In this document: positions 29,430 to 40,495 of the stretch, in pieces | Layout of the letters: every line of letters begins with the position of its first letter | Numbering within the stretch: position 1 is the first letter of the stretch | Virus record (IMG/VR): IMGVR_UViG_3300023174_000077 | Span: 58,095-122,094 of that record | Source: a virus | DNA: 64,000 nucleotides | Strand: one strand, 5' to 3' | Position numbers and translations under genes: made by a program | The notes under the pieces: generated by a model | Database searches by the model: none | Seen by the model: the letters and a program-made list of their open reading frames with translations, nothing else | Told to the model about the DNA's origin: nothing

Positions 29430-30044
29430 ATGCCATTACCACATTATAATCAACTTTTAATGACAGGCGCTCCAGGTGGTCCTGGAACTACTCCACAAGA
29501 ACCTGTATTTTTAAACCTGTTTGAAATTAATTTTGTTTTACCAACAATTTTAGCCAATCAAGGTCGTGATACTATGTTGTTACTTGAACAAGCTACTAAT
29601 GTTACATTTGATTTATCACCAGATATCGAAAGAGCAGAACAAAGATTCAAATATTCAACTAGAAAGTTTATTAAAACTCCGCAAAAAACTGATGTTGAGT
29701 TTGATATAAATTTCAATGTGAATGTAAATAATTCAGGTGCTATGGAAACTTGGAATACTTTAAAAGCATGGTATGATTTAGCATGGAACTCACAAACAGG
29801 CGCTTTACATTATAAAGCTGATACTATTGGAACCGTTATTGTCAATCAACATGATAAAAAAGGTTTAGTTTTAAGACGAGTTACTTTCCAAAATGCTCAA
29901 ATTTATGGTTTAGGAACAACTGAACTTAAATGGGATGCAACAGATATTTGGAGCTGCACTGCTAAATTTGTTGCAGATTACTGGTTTGATGATTATATTG
30001 ATAATGGTATTATTTTAACAGATCCTTATATAAGTGGTTATTAA
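29430..30044 (+). CDS. Tail tube protein, T4 gp19-like
   Basis: NLFEINF, LKAWYDL..N..TG, YKAD...VNQHDKKG...F, ELKWD, FVADYW. Confidence 0.75.
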   Translation: MPLPHYNQLLMTGAPGGPGTTPQEPVFLNLFEINFVLPTILANQGRDTMLLLEQATNVTFDLSPDIERAEQRFKYSTRKFIKTPQKTDVEFDINFNVNVNNSGAMETWNTLKAWYDLAWNSQTGALHYKADTIGTVIVNQHDKKGLVLRRVTFQNAQIYGLGTTELKWDATDIWSCTAKFVADYWFDDYIDNGIILTDPYISGY

Positions 30045-30045
30045 T

Positions 30046-30078
30046 AAAAAGACGAACTAAATTAGTTCGTCTTTTTTT
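30046..30078 (+). terminator. Intrinsic terminator
   Basis: AAAAAGACGAACTAA-A-TTAGTTCGTCTTTTT followed by a T run. Confidence 0.75.
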
Positions 30079-30089
30079 ATATATACAAT

Positions 30090-30845
30090 ATGAAATTTTT
30101 AGAAAGTTTTACATCTTTTTTCAAAAAAGATAAACCAGAAGAATTTAAAGGTAAAACTCAAACTTATCGCTTTTCTGATATTACTGATGAAAGTGGTAAT
30201 AGAATGGGCACCTGCAAAGAATGTGGCAAAAGAGTAGATATAACAGAACATTCTGAAGAAGTATGTTTGAAAGAGCAAGAACAAGAATTAAATGAATCAG
30301 CCAACTCGGAAGATTTAAAATTAAGTATTCTATCTGGAATACCTGATACAGATTTATTACATTCGCATCAAAATTATTATAATACTATAATATATCCACC
30401 AGTTGAGGCGGAAGAACAATCAGGAATAAATGGTTTATCAAAAACTTATAAAATGCCTTTTAATTTAACAGATATAGAAGTAGAAAATATTGCTATTATT
30501 TTTAGATATGACGAAGAAGTTATTAGACATTTATATGTAGGGTTGATTAAATTAAATCCAGAACTTCCTAAATCAGAAGATATTAACAATATGTATCATA
30601 TAATTCTTGGTGCATGTTCAAAATTTTTACCAATTGATATAAAAGATTATATAAATCATTCAATAGAAATTGAAAGAATGCCAACTAAACTTGATTCTAA
30701 TTATATCTTTAAAAGAAAAGATAGTCATTCTGTAGCATATGAATTATTATATAATAGTGTAATAAATATGGGATTAAAACTTAAATGGTTTCCTTCTATT
30801 GAAACACTTAATTTTATTTATAAAAAATTGAAGCAAACTATTTGA
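30090..30845 (+). CDS. Hypothetical protein (MKFLESF start; CKEC...H...C motif)
   Basis: ORF with a possible small Zn-binding motif. Confidence 0.5.
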   Translation: MKFLESFTSFFKKDKPEEFKGKTQTYRFSDITDESGNRMGTCKECGKRVDITEHSEEVCLKEQEQELNESANSEDLKLSILSGIPDTDLLHSHQNYYNTIIYPPVEAEEQSGINGLSKTYKMPFNLTDIEVENIAIIFRYDEEVIRHLYVGLIKLNPELPKSEDINNMYHIILGACSKFLPIDIKDYINHSIEIERMPTKLDSNYIFKRKDSHSVAYELLYNSVINMGLKLKWFPSIETLNFIYKKLKQTI

Positions 30846-30869
30846 TTTTATTACACTATAAGTAGTAAT

Positions 30870-31964
30870 ATGTCAAAAATTTTACTTATAGGCGACACGC
30901 ATTTAGGACTTGGATATCCTAATAAATTAGATCATTATTTTAAAGTTTCACAAGAGTATTTTGAAAAATTCCTTTTTCCAATACTTAATAAATTAACTAA
31001 AGATGACATTATTGTTCATCTTGGAGATTTATTTGATAACAGAAACATTGTTCCAATTAACATTCTAAATTATGCACAATCTATTTTAGAAAAAATGGCA
31101 CAAATCTGTCCTGTGCATATTATTATTGGGAACCATGATATTTACAATAAATCGATTAACGATGTTAATTCATTAAAACCATATAATTATATTCCAAATG
31201 TTTATATTTATGAAACAACTACAAAAATAAATTTTAATGGTAAAACAATTTTATTAATGCCTTGGGTTGAATCAAAAAAAGAACAAATAAAATTATTACA
31301 AGAAAATTCTGGTTGTGATTATCTTTTCTGTCACTCCGATTTAAATGGTGCTAAAATGCATTTAACTTCGGTAGCACATAGAAATTCTGATAAAATTGAT
31401 GTTGAAGAATTTGGTGGATATAAACATGTTTATTCTGGTCATATTCATTTAGTGCAAAAAAATAAAAACTTTACTTTTGTAGGTTCAATTCATGAAATGG
31501 ATCGTAATGATATTGATAATCAAAAAGGCATATTTGTTTTAGACACTAACAAAAATGCTGAATTATTTATTCCAAATAATATATCCCCAAAGTTTAAAAA
31601 GATTTATATAAATAAAGAAGAAGATGTTGAATTGTTAAATGAAGATATGACTAAAAATTGGGTAGATTTATTCGTATCAAATAGTTTATTAGTTAATAAT
31701 AGGAAATTAAGAAGAAAAATGGAAACTATTTTGCAAACAGGTTCATTTGCTTCTGTTGAATATGTTGATGATATTTCTGTTGAAGAAAAAATAAAAGAAG
31801 ATGAAAAAGTAGAATCTTTATCAATTAATTTAGATTATAGTGAATATATTAAAAATTATATAAATGCTAATAATTATGAAACTGATAAAATAAAAAATGG
31901 TATTTTAAATGAATTTGATACTATTGTTGAAATATATAAAGAATCAAAAAAGAAATTAGATTAA
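30870..31964 (+). CDS. Recombination endonuclease, T4 gp47 / Mre11 / SbcD-like
   Basis: IGDTHLG, HLGDLFDNR, IIGNHD, LMPW, SGHIH, VGS. Confidence 0.88.
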   Translation: MSKILLIGDTHLGLGYPNKLDHYFKVSQEYFEKFLFPILNKLTKDDIIVHLGDLFDNRNIVPINILNYAQSILEKMAQICPVHIIIGNHDIYNKSINDVNSLKPYNYIPNVYIYETTTKINFNGKTILLMPWVESKKEQIKLLQENSGCDYLFCHSDLNGAKMHLTSVAHRNSDKIDVEEFGGYKHVYSGHIHLVQKNKNFTFVGSIHEMDRNDIDNQKGIFVLDTNKNAELFIPNNISPKFKKIYINKEEDVELLNEDMTKNWVDLFVSNSLLVNNRKLRRKMETILQTGSFASVEYVDDISVEEKIKEDEKVESLSINLDYSEYIKNYINANNYETDKIKNGILNEFDTIVEIYKESKKKLD

Positions 31965-32470
31965 TGGGAATAAAATCAAACTTGAAAAAAGTAAAAAGAG
32001 ATAATTCGAAATCAAATAATATATCATCTAATTTAGTGGTTTATCTATATGAAAAAGGACATTCTCCTATAACTACAAGATTTAAAGGTTATGGATTAGC
32101 AGAATGTGATACTTTATCAATTAGTAATTCGGAGTATATATATGAATATGAAATAAAAATTAGTAAGGCTGATTTTAAAAAAGATTTCATAAAAGAAAAA
32201 CATTCATATATAAAAAGCGGCAATTATGTAGTTGAAAATAAAAAAGGCATATGGTATAATACTGCAAATTATTTTTATTTTGTTGTTCCAGAAAATTTAA
32301 TCTCAGTCGAAGATATTCCGGAATATGCTGGATTAATGTATTCAATTGGAAATACATTTGTTACAATAAAAAAAGCACCATTATTACACAAAACAAAAGC
32401 AACAACTGAATTGATAAGAGCAATTTGTCATCAATTGACAACTAAATTGGTTTTTAATAAGATTATATAA
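31964..32470 (+). CDS. PD-(D/E)XK nuclease, MmcB-like
   Basis: ECD...EYEIKISKADFKKD...NYFYFVVP...IPEYAGL. Confidence 0.7.
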   Translation: MGIKSNLKKVKRDNSKSNNISSNLVVYLYEKGHSPITTRFKGYGLAECDTLSISNSEYIYEYEIKISKADFKKDFIKEKHSYIKSGNYVVENKKGIWYNTANYFYFVVPENLISVEDIPEYAGLMYSIGNTFVTIKKAPLLHKTKATTELIRAICHQLTTKLVFNKII

Positions 32471-32870
32471 TTTGAATTTGATTTGAGTAAAATACTGCAA
32501 TTACATCTGGTGTTTTAACATTTTGTCCTGCAAATATATCTTTTTTGCCTTTTATATAAAACGCATCATATCCTTTTTCAATTAATTTTTTACGCAAATT
32601 AATGAAATAATTTGCGTTTTTCGCATGCTTCATACGCATATCATCCCATTTATTAAGAGAAATTATATATGGATTATGATAATTTAGTTTAACTGATATA
32701 ATATTTTTGCCAAAAATGTTGGAAAAATCTTTTTCTTTTGAAAACCAAATTCCTAATTTAGATGTTGGTTTTGTTATATTACTAGGTTCATTAAATTCTA
32801 AAAATTCAGCATCAGTTCCATGATACCATATTTCTTCACTTAATTCTTCAAATAATTTTAGATATTTCAT
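32463..32870 (-). CDS. ADP-ribosyltransferase-like protein (ART-PolyVal-like) with MKYLKLFEE start
   Basis: WYHGT...F..F...LGIWFS...L...NP...GYDA...IAVF..NQI. Confidence 0.6.
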   Translation of the reverse strand: MKYLKLFEELSEEIWYHGTDAEFLEFNEPSNITKPTSKLGIWFSKEKDFSNIFGKNIISVKLNYHNPYIISLNKWDDMRMKHAKNANYFINLRKKLIEKGYDAFYIKGKKDIFAGQNVKTPDVIAVFYSNQIQII

Positions 32871-32920
32871 AATTTATATATTTAATTCTAACAAATATAA
32901 TTTAGTTTAATATATACCTT

Positions 32921-35900
32921 ATGAATAATTTGATATGGTTTAACAAAGAAGGCGATGCTTTAAATATACCAAAAGATCCAACTACCGGTGTTTATACCGG
33001 AACATTATTTTTTGATGAAAATAGTTCTGATACCTATAAAACAATTGGTTTATATCTATTCGAATCTGTTCCTACGATTGATTTGCAATCAATAAGTGGT
33101 GATTTAACTACCGAAAAATTTCAATTATTCAATGAAAATCGTTTCACTATTACAGGTAATTCTTATTTTACTCAAAGTGTGACTGAAATAAAAACATCAA
33201 ATCAACGTCCAGATTTTTATTCAAAATGGATTTATGGAGAAAATTTTGACACAAAATTTCCAGTTGGTTCTTCTATTGTATTCAATTCAAGTATATTTGA
33301 ATTTACTAATCCATTACAAACTTATACCGTAACAAGTGTTCAAAAAAATGCTATTATGGTTGTAACACCAACAGATAATAGAACATTCAATTTATTATAT
33401 TCAGGTTTAACTTTTTCAGACATTACGATAAGTGGTGTTAATTCAATTGGTATTTATGATTATAGAAGAGGTTTTATAGACGAATTATCATCTTGGAATG
33501 AACCTAAGTTTTATAATGAAGTCTATAATGGTAAAAAATTAACTATAATAAATGCTACATCAAGTTCAAACGCTACTATAAAAAGTAGTGCAGCAAATTA
33601 TGTAGTAACTATACAAAATAGCGATTTGCTTGATAGAAAATACTGGAAATATAACATTAATAATTTATCATATACACAATCACAAGATTTATTAGTTACA
33701 TTAACTTTGACAGGTGATTTACCAGCAGTATATACTGGTGGATTAAATATAAATGGTAAAAATATTTATTTTACAAACCCAATTCCTCAAAGTGTTTTTA
33801 AACCTGGAACACAATTTACGATAGCTGATAGTGTTTCAAATACGAATGAAATTACGGTTGATGTTATACAACCATTTATTACAAGTAATAAATTGAAATA
33901 TTATGCAACACAATCACAAGTTATTTGGAATAATTTAATTTATGAGTGTTTACAATCTTATACATGGACAGCCACATCAAGTATAACACCTGATGTAGGT
34001 GATTATTGGACAAGTTCAATTTCTTATTTACCTTCGCAAAATAATTTAACAACAGAAACTATATTAAATACGACAATTCATTTGGTTTCAAATAAATTTA
34101 ATTTTACACAGGTATATACTCAAAGTAATTCTGTAACTATGGCATCATTTGCTGATAGTTATGCTGATTTCTTTAATTTATTTAATATAGATTTATATTA
34201 TGAAAATAATTCATTAAATGCAGATTTAATTTGGAGTTCTAACTATGCTTCTGTTGATTATAGTTTAGGTTTAAATTCAATAACAAATACAGAAATAGTA
34301 TCGGAATTTTTAATTTCAACAGAAGATATATTGGCACCTCAAATAAATTTAAATACTTCGGAAAATTTTAATTATTCAATTGTAATTACTGATATTGATG
34401 ATTTTGGTATTAAATTTAATATAAACGGTCAAATTTATTCTGAAAGTGTTGATTACATTTATAATGGTTTAAATATAGATCAAAGAAAAACTATTGATAG
34501 AAGTTTAAGAAATTTTGTATTCAATAACTTTGCTCGTTTAGCAACATTAGGTATAAATGTTGTGTTAGAAACAAGTAGTTATACATCTGAATTTGATTTT
34601 TATAGAGATACTATTTCATTTCAAACAGTTTATCCAAATGTCCCATTTAAAATATCGGTTCAAATGGGTTCATTAGCTGCTTATTATGTTAAAAATAAAG
34701 AGATATATTTTAATGATTTAGGAAATTATTTAACTATAACTATCAATAATAAAACATATGCGCAAGCAATTTCCTCCGCAACTACAAGTTATTTTAGTCC
34801 AGATATTTCTACTTCAATTAGTAATTGGGTAAAAAATTATGCAACTATTTTACGAGGTTATGGTATTTATGCTTCTAATATAAGAAATATATTATTTTTA
34901 AATACAGTAGATGCAACAACATTAAATCTTTCAATAAAAACAAATAAATCTGCTACACCAGGTATTGATCAATGGATAATTAAAGATTTTACTTATGGTA
35001 ATTTTGGAATGTTAATTGCTGGCAATCAAGTTGTTTTATCTGCAACCAGCAGTCAAAGTTTTGAAACTTCTGGATTTGCTACAGGTATGATTATGTCTAT
35101 TAATAATACTCAATTTCCTTATAATAATCAAGAATATAATTTATTATATGTTGACTCTAATCAATTAGGTTTAAGTTATCAAGGTCCATTTTTCCAAGAA
35201 GAATTAAATGAGTGTACTTTATCTGCTTTTACAACATTAGCATTTTCGCCATTAGCTTATGAAGTCGAAGATTGTATAGCCTCAACCGAATCTGGTAGTG
35301 GGGGTTCATATAACCCAAATGAATATAGCAATAGTTTTGATATTAGTTATATCGCACCAAATACATATGATTTATTTACTTATGATAGCAATAATAGTAA
35401 TTTAAAAGATTTATTATATTTACCAAATTATGATGCAATTTTTACAGGTGGAACTACTATAACAAATATAGGTGCAACTGATTTATTATTTAATAATAGT
35501 ATAAGTATTCCCACTTCTGGTGTGAAAAAATTAGTTTATAATAATTTTAACAATTATATTTATGCTGTTACAAATACGAATATTTTAATAATTGATCCAG
35601 CATCCAATACATATATAGCTACTATGGCTATATCACCATTTGATATATTAATTAATCAAACAAACGGTGATGTTTATATAACAGATGGTTCAACATCATT
35701 AACAATATTTTATTATAATAATTTTACAACAACACCTAATTATACATTAAGTTTAAGTGGCGCTGGTAAGATGGAATATAATTTAATTGATAATTATGTT
35801 TACGTAATTGGCAATTCATTATATCAAATTAATACTCAATATAGAACTTTACAATCAACTATAACTATTAATAATCCAGATAATCGTTATATTTTTACAG

Positions 35901-38704
35901 AACCAATTTATGGTTCAATATATATTTGGGGTGATACAACTGCTGGAACAAGTAATACTTTCTATAAATATACTGCTGGTGTTATTACTTCTATTAGTAT
36001 AACTAATACTGATGATAATAAATTATTATATGATAATTTTACAGGTGATTTATATTTAAATCAACAATCGGGAAATAAATTTAGTAGAATAACTTCTGAT
36101 AATATAATAGTTTGGTCACAGGTAACAGATTATGGAGATTTTGTCATTAGTCAATATGATGCTGATATTTATTTAATTTCTAACTCTGGGACATTATATG
36201 TTATAGATCCTGAAACTGGTTATATAAAATATAATAATAATTTAAGTCCTTTGGGAGTTACATCTTATAAAATTATTTATGATCAAAAGAGAGAATCTAT
36301 TATAGTTGGTGAATATAACGGAAAATTAGTAGAAATACAAGTAACAATTAATTCAGAGATAACAATTTCGTCGACACATTCTACTGTTTCTTCTGTTGGT
36401 GATGCTTATTATGGTACATTAGATTCTTCATATCAACCGATGTCTGGTTTATGGGTAAAAACACGAGAGTATTTAAGAGGACCTCGTTATAATTATAGCG
36501 ATTCTAATGAAAAACAAGCACAATTTGTTTATAAATTTATTGATGATCAAACACCTGAAATTTTTATGTATGATATTTCGGGAAATCAATTATCAACTGG
36601 AACTTCATTTTCATACATAGGTCCAAAACCTTTAGAGAATGCTGTGTTAAATAGTTCTCCTAATTTAGATTTAAATAGAATAAGTGACCCTACTGCACAA
36701 CAAACTATATTTGAGGAAATTAATTATACATTAGATTATTTAGATTCAAATAATGGTATATCAATTTTTCCAACACCGTTAGAATTATTTTTAGGCTATA
36801 ATACTATTTATGAAGGCTATAATTCTACAACATTAAAAATGTATATGAGATGGAATGTATCATTAACTATGTCATACAATTCAGCATATAATAATGATAT
36901 AACATTTACAGATAAAGGAACATCTTCTGTATATCCAAATGGTTATGGTTATATAACATTAAATACAAATTCAACTAAATCATTTCTTTATTATGATGAT
37001 ATGAGTGTAACTGGATTACAAGCAGGACAAACTATTAAATTAATAGTTACAGATATAACTAATTTAAATAATAAATATTTATCATATAATAATGGACAAG
37101 AATTTTTAATTGATGCAATTTCAAATAATCAAATTGTGGTTAAATATATGACCACAAGTCATGGATTTGTATCAAGTTTAACAAATGAAAATACTATTAT
37201 ATCAAATTATCCGGAAATAGGTAGTAATACATATCTTCAAATAGTTTTTCAAACTATAGATAAAGAAGTTGCTTCAATTAATTTATATGGACAGACTGAA
37301 ATAGAAGATGTTAGGTATGCTGTTGAATTATATAATTCAGGTGGGCATGTTGTGAACCCAGAGGATGCATTTATTTTTAAAACATATGATATAAATGAAG
37401 GTGGTGTTGATTGGAAATTCTTAAATAATAAAAGAAAAGAAATGCTTATTGTAAGAGATCAAATTTTTCCTTATGTGGGTTCATATAAAGCAATTATAAA
37501 TGCAATTAATTATTTTGGTTATAATGATTTAGTATTATATGAATATTATAGAAATATAGATTTAAATTCGCCAGATTTTTATAAATTATTTAAGGTTGAG
37601 ATTCCAGATATATTTGATAATAGTGTAAAAGGTTGGACAACATATGATTATTTGTCATCTACGATGCCAAATCCTAATTTTGAAGAAACTAATTTATTTA
37701 ATTTAAGTTATAGAATTACTGATAAACAAGGAAATTGGGTATTACTTTACTCTTTACAAGAAGTAATAATAAAATTACAAGGACTAAAAAATTGGTTAGA
37801 AACACATGTTATACCTATTCAATTTAGAATTTTAGATATATCTGGTAGAGCTGATTTTCCTGCACCAAATTATATAGTTCATAAATCTTTTTCAAGGAAA
37901 AGTTATAAAATACAACAATTTATGACACCAATTGATTTTGATGTAAACGAAGCCTATCTGATGCCAGTGAATAGCGGTTCAACTATTTATAATGTTGTAA
38001 TTGATTTTAAAGTATCAAAAAAAGATTTAGAAAAAGTTCCTGATTATTTTAGTGTTGTGGTTAGAACATATAAAACATTCAAAGAATGGGATCCATTTTT
38101 AATTTATGATATAGGTGATGAAATAACTTATTATGGTAAAATTTATAAATCTGTTGTAAATAATAATAAATTAAATGATCCAAGAATTTATGATTCAATT
38201 AGTGATTGGAGTTCTGCAACAGAATATTTTAATGGACAACTTGCTAATTATGAAAGAAATATTTATGAATATTTAGGAACACAATCTTCTTTTGTTACTT
38301 TTGGAACTGCTTCTGTGCCAACTCCATATCAAACTACATTATGGTTAAATATAAGTCAATGGGTTCAACAAGATTTAGAACCAGTTCAAACAATAAAGGA
38401 GTATAGAAATGTAAATGTTAATTCATTAACTTATTCAACAAATCAGAATAATATTTTATGGTATGCGACTAATGTTTTACCAAGTGATACAATACAAGTT
38501 TCTAAACCATTTAATTTTAGTATTGATTCTAATATAGATCCTTTTATAACTATTGAAGTAACCTCAAATAATAATTATGGTTTAAATTATACGTCCAAAA
38601 AGAATTATGAAGTAAGAGGTTTAAATGATTTATATTCTGGATTAAAACCAACAGATTCTATTGGACCATTTGTTCCTATTATTCCTGTTATAAATCATAT
38701 TTAA
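32921..38704 (+). CDS. Very large baseplate/structural protein (gp7-like C-terminal wedge segment, central beta-propeller-like repeats)
   Basis: 1927 aa; GSYKAIINAINYFGY; repeated Y...N..IY units; W-Y-G-Y short repeats near the C-terminus. Confidence 0.6.
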   Translation: MNNLIWFNKEGDALNIPKDPTTGVYTGTLFFDENSSDTYKTIGLYLFESVPTIDLQSISGDLTTEKFQLFNENRFTITGNSYFTQSVTEIKTSNQRPDFYSKWIYGENFDTKFPVGSSIVFNSSIFEFTNPLQTYTVTSVQKNAIMVVTPTDNRTFNLLYSGLTFSDITISGVNSIGIYDYRRGFIDELSSWNEPKFYNEVYNGKKLTIINATSSSNATIKSSAANYVVTIQNSDLLDRKYWKYNINNLSYTQSQDLLVTLTLTGDLPAVYTGGLNINGKNIYFTNPIPQSVFKPGTQFTIADSVSNTNEITVDVIQPFITSNKLKYYATQSQVIWNNLIYECLQSYTWTATSSITPDVGDYWTSSISYLPSQNNLTTETILNTTIHLVSNKFNFTQVYTQSNSVTMASFADSYADFFNLFNIDLYYENNSLNADLIWSSNYASVDYSLGLNSITNTEIVSEFLISTEDILAPQINLNTSENFNYSIVITDIDDFGIKFNINGQIYSESVDYIYNGLNIDQRKTIDRSLRNFVFNNFARLATLGINVVLETSSYTSEFDFYRDTISFQTVYPNVPFKISVQMGSLAAYYVKNKEIYFNDLGNYLTITINNKTYAQAISSATTSYFSPDISTSISNWVKNYATILRGYGIYASNIRNILFLNTVDATTLNLSIKTNKSATPGIDQWIIKDFTYGNFGMLIAGNQVVLSATSSQSFETSGFATGMIMSINNTQFPYNNQEYNLLYVDSNQLGLSYQGPFFQEELNECTLSAFTTLAFSPLAYEVEDCIASTESGSGGSYNPNEYSNSFDISYIAPNTYDLFTYDSNNSNLKDLLYLPNYDAIFTGGTTITNIGATDLLFNNSISIPTSGVKKLVYNNFNNYIYAVTNTNILIIDPASNTYIATMAISPFDILINQTNGDVYITDGSTSLTIFYYNNFTTTPNYTLSLSGAGKMEYNLIDNYVYVIGNSLYQINTQYRTLQSTITINNPDNRYIFTEPIYGSIYIWGDTTAGTSNTFYKYTAGVITSISITNTDDNKLLYDNFTGDLYLNQQSGNKFSRITSDNIIVWSQVTDYGDFVISQYDADIYLISNSGTLYVIDPETGYIKYNNNLSPLGVTSYKIIYDQKRESIIVGEYNGKLVEIQVTINSEITISSTHSTVSSVGDAYYGTLDSSYQPMSGLWVKTREYLRGPRYNYSDSNEKQAQFVYKFIDDQTPEIFMYDISGNQLSTGTSFSYIGPKPLENAVLNSSPNLDLNRISDPTAQQTIFEEINYTLDYLDSNNGISIFPTPLELFLGYNTIYEGYNSTTLKMYMRWNVSLTMSYNSAYNNDITFTDKGTSSVYPNGYGYITLNTNSTKSFLYYDDMSVTGLQAGQTIKLIVTDITNLNNKYLSYNNGQEFLIDAISNNQIVVKYMTTSHGFVSSLTNENTIISNYPEIGSNTYLQIVFQTIDKEVASINLYGQTEIEDVRYAVELYNSGGHVVNPEDAFIFKTYDINEGGVDWKFLNNKRKEMLIVRDQIFPYVGSYKAIINAINYFGYNDLVLYEYYRNIDLNSPDFYKLFKVEIPDIFDNSVKGWTTYDYLSSTMPNPNFEETNLFNLSYRITDKQGNWVLLYSLQEVIIKLQGLKNWLETHVIPIQFRILDISGRADFPAPNYIVHKSFSRKSYKIQQFMTPIDFDVNEAYLMPVNSGSTIYNVVIDFKVSKKDLEKVPDYFSVVVRTYKTFKEWDPFLIYDIGDEITYYGKIYKSVVNNNKLNDPRIYDSISDWSSATEYFNGQLANYERNIYEYLGTQSSFVTFGTASVPTPYQTTLWLNISQWVQQDLEPVQTIKEYRNVNVNSLTYSTNQNNILWYATNVLPSDTIQVSKPFNFSIDSNIDPFITIEVTSNNNYGLNYTSKKNYEVRGLNDLYSGLKPTDSIGPFVPIIPVINHI

Positions 38705-38705
38705 A

Positions 38706-38737
38706 ATAAAAAACCTCTCAAATGAGAGGTTTTTTAT
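38706..38737. terminator. Bidirectional intrinsic terminator
   Basis: ATAAAAAACCTCTCA-AA-TGAGAGGTTTTTTAT between convergent genes. Confidence 0.8.
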
Positions 38738-39480
38738 TATGCTTTTTCTTCTGTTTGTTCTTCTTTCTTTTTAGAAGTTTTTTTAGAAGTTTTTGATTTA
38801 TCAGTTGTAATACCAAGAGCGGCTGCTTCTTTTCTACCCCATTCTCTACCTTCAATATATACTCCTTCTTCAAAAGTTGCTGCCCAATCTTGAATATCTT
38901 TATTCAAAGATTTTGCATGGTTATCATAATAACCAATAACTTTAGATATAAAACCAATTTTACGAAGTATTTCAGCAAATAAATAAGTATCGGCTGTTAA
39001 ACCTTTTGGTTTGAAAGTTGAAATTAAATGATAAATATATGTAATTTCTGTAGCATCTGCTGTATAAGATTTTAATTCTGTATCATTTTTTGTATCTTTA
39101 CTTGTTTTAGATAATTCCCATTTACCTAACATGTCAGATAATTCAATTGCTAAAAATACGGTATTTACATCATATTCTAATTTTGAGATTAAGAGAGTTG
39201 TTAAAAAATTATATTGTTTTCTATTTAAATAGAAAGTAAATTTCATATTTTTTAATCTTTCAACATATTCTTTCCATGCTATTTGTGCAGAATAATATAA
39301 TTGATCTTTCTCAACTTCTGATTTACCTAAACCATGCTCAGTAGCCAATAAGTTTTCTATGCCAGAAATTTTTGTATCTAAAAAAATTTCATCTTCAAAA
39401 CTAATAGCTCTTAATGTTTGGTTATTTTCGAAAAATGATACTTGTGGTTTTACAACTGCTGTTTCATAAGTTTCTTTCAT
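38737..39480 (-). CDS. Hypothetical protein
   Basis: ORF with a Lys-rich C-terminus. Confidence 0.55.
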   Translation of the reverse strand: MKETYETAVVKPQVSFFENNQTLRAISFEDEIFLDTKISGIENLLATEHGLGKSEVEKDQLYYSAQIAWKEYVERLKNMKFTFYLNRKQYNFLTTLLISKLEYDVNTVFLAIELSDMLGKWELSKTSKDTKNDTELKSYTADATEITYIYHLISTFKPKGLTADTYLFAEILRKIGFISKVIGYYDNHAKSLNKDIQDWAATFEEGVYIEGREWGRKEAAALGITTDKSKTSKKTSKKKEEQTEEKA

Positions 39481-39534
39481 AATTTATTAATTTATTTTTA
39501 TTGTTTTATTCTAGAATTAGTAATTTGTTTATAT

Positions 39535-39984
39535 TTAGCTAATAAAATCCGTATCAAAATCTGTACTTACTGTCAATTCTTTTGATAAGTCCGCTAATTG
39601 ATTAGCTCTCGAGATTTTATCAATTCCCCATTTTTTTATTAAAGAAGAAAAAGTTGAAATATCTGGTTTTACCAATTTTACTTTTCCTTTTTCTAAATCA
39701 AAACTAATTTTATCTATTTCTTGTTCGAATAAAATGTTGATAGATTCTTCATCAAATTTAGACATTAAAGTTTCATTAATTGAAACTAAAATATGCTTTC
39801 TAAGAATCCATTCATATTGATCAGATAATTTAGTAATTTTAATAACTACTTTTTGTGAATCATTTCCAATAAATTGGAATGCTACTTCATTTAAACATTT
39901 TTTTCTAATTATTTCATCAAAAATGTTGATTGTATCCTCAGATACTTCATAAAACTTGCTTATACCAGTAATTTCTTTACTCAT
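39535..39984 (-). CDS. Hypothetical protein (possibly a degenerate phage metallopeptidase-like fold)
   Basis: Likely start MSKE at 39984; ILFEQEIDKI...KLVKPDI lacks HExxH. Confidence 0.45.
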   Translation of the reverse strand: MSKEITGISKFYEVSEDTINIFDEIIRKKCLNEVAFQFIGNDSQKVVIKITKLSDQYEWILRKHILVSINETLMSKFDEESINILFEQEIDKISFDLEKGKVKLVKPDISTFSSLIKKWGIDKISRANQLADLSKELTVSTDFDTDFIS

Positions 39985-40030
39985 GTTAAAATGTAATTTT
40001 AAATTATAGTTAATAAATAAAAGAAGTTTA

Positions 40031-40465
40031 TTAACTGACAAGATATTTTATAATACAAGCAAGTATTAATCCACCTATTACAAAAGGAATACTTTTGTAA
40101 AGATTCATTATAAAATTATTTGATTTAAATAACGCAAATCCATATACAATTAAATAACTATATTTATCGACTTTTCTTATATCATAAAAATCATATAATT
40201 CACTTAAACCTTTGGAGTTTAAAAAAGTTGATAAACTATTGGTGTAATCTTTAATAAAATTTTGAGATATCATATTTATATCTGCGGTTCTAACACTAAA
40301 ATTTTCACCAAAAATATCATCAGGTATATTTAAAACGGTATACATTCTACTAGCTTTATCTATACGGATGTTAAATTGTGCTTGTAATTGTGTTTCGTAA
40401 TTTTTTATAGTTTTTTTGTATAAAAGGAAAAGTTTTATTTTTTTCCAAAATGATATATTATTCAT
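40031..40465 (-). CDS. Hypothetical protein with a C-terminal TM segment
   Basis: Hydrophobic C-terminus; directly downstream of the tape-measure-like gene. Confidence 0.55.
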   Translation of the reverse strand: MNNISFWKKIKLFLLYKKTIKNYETQLQAQFNIRIDKASRMYTVLNIPDDIFGENFSVRTADINMISQNFIKDYTNSLSTFLNSKGLSELYDFYDIRKVDKYSYLIVYGFALFKSNNFIMNLYKSIPFVIGGLILACIIKYLVS

Positions 40466-40495
40466 AAAAGGTTTTATTTCTATTTATTAAAAAGT

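Noticed and set aside
39535-39984. Active metallopeptidase
   Set aside because: The expected HExxH is absent (EQEID)
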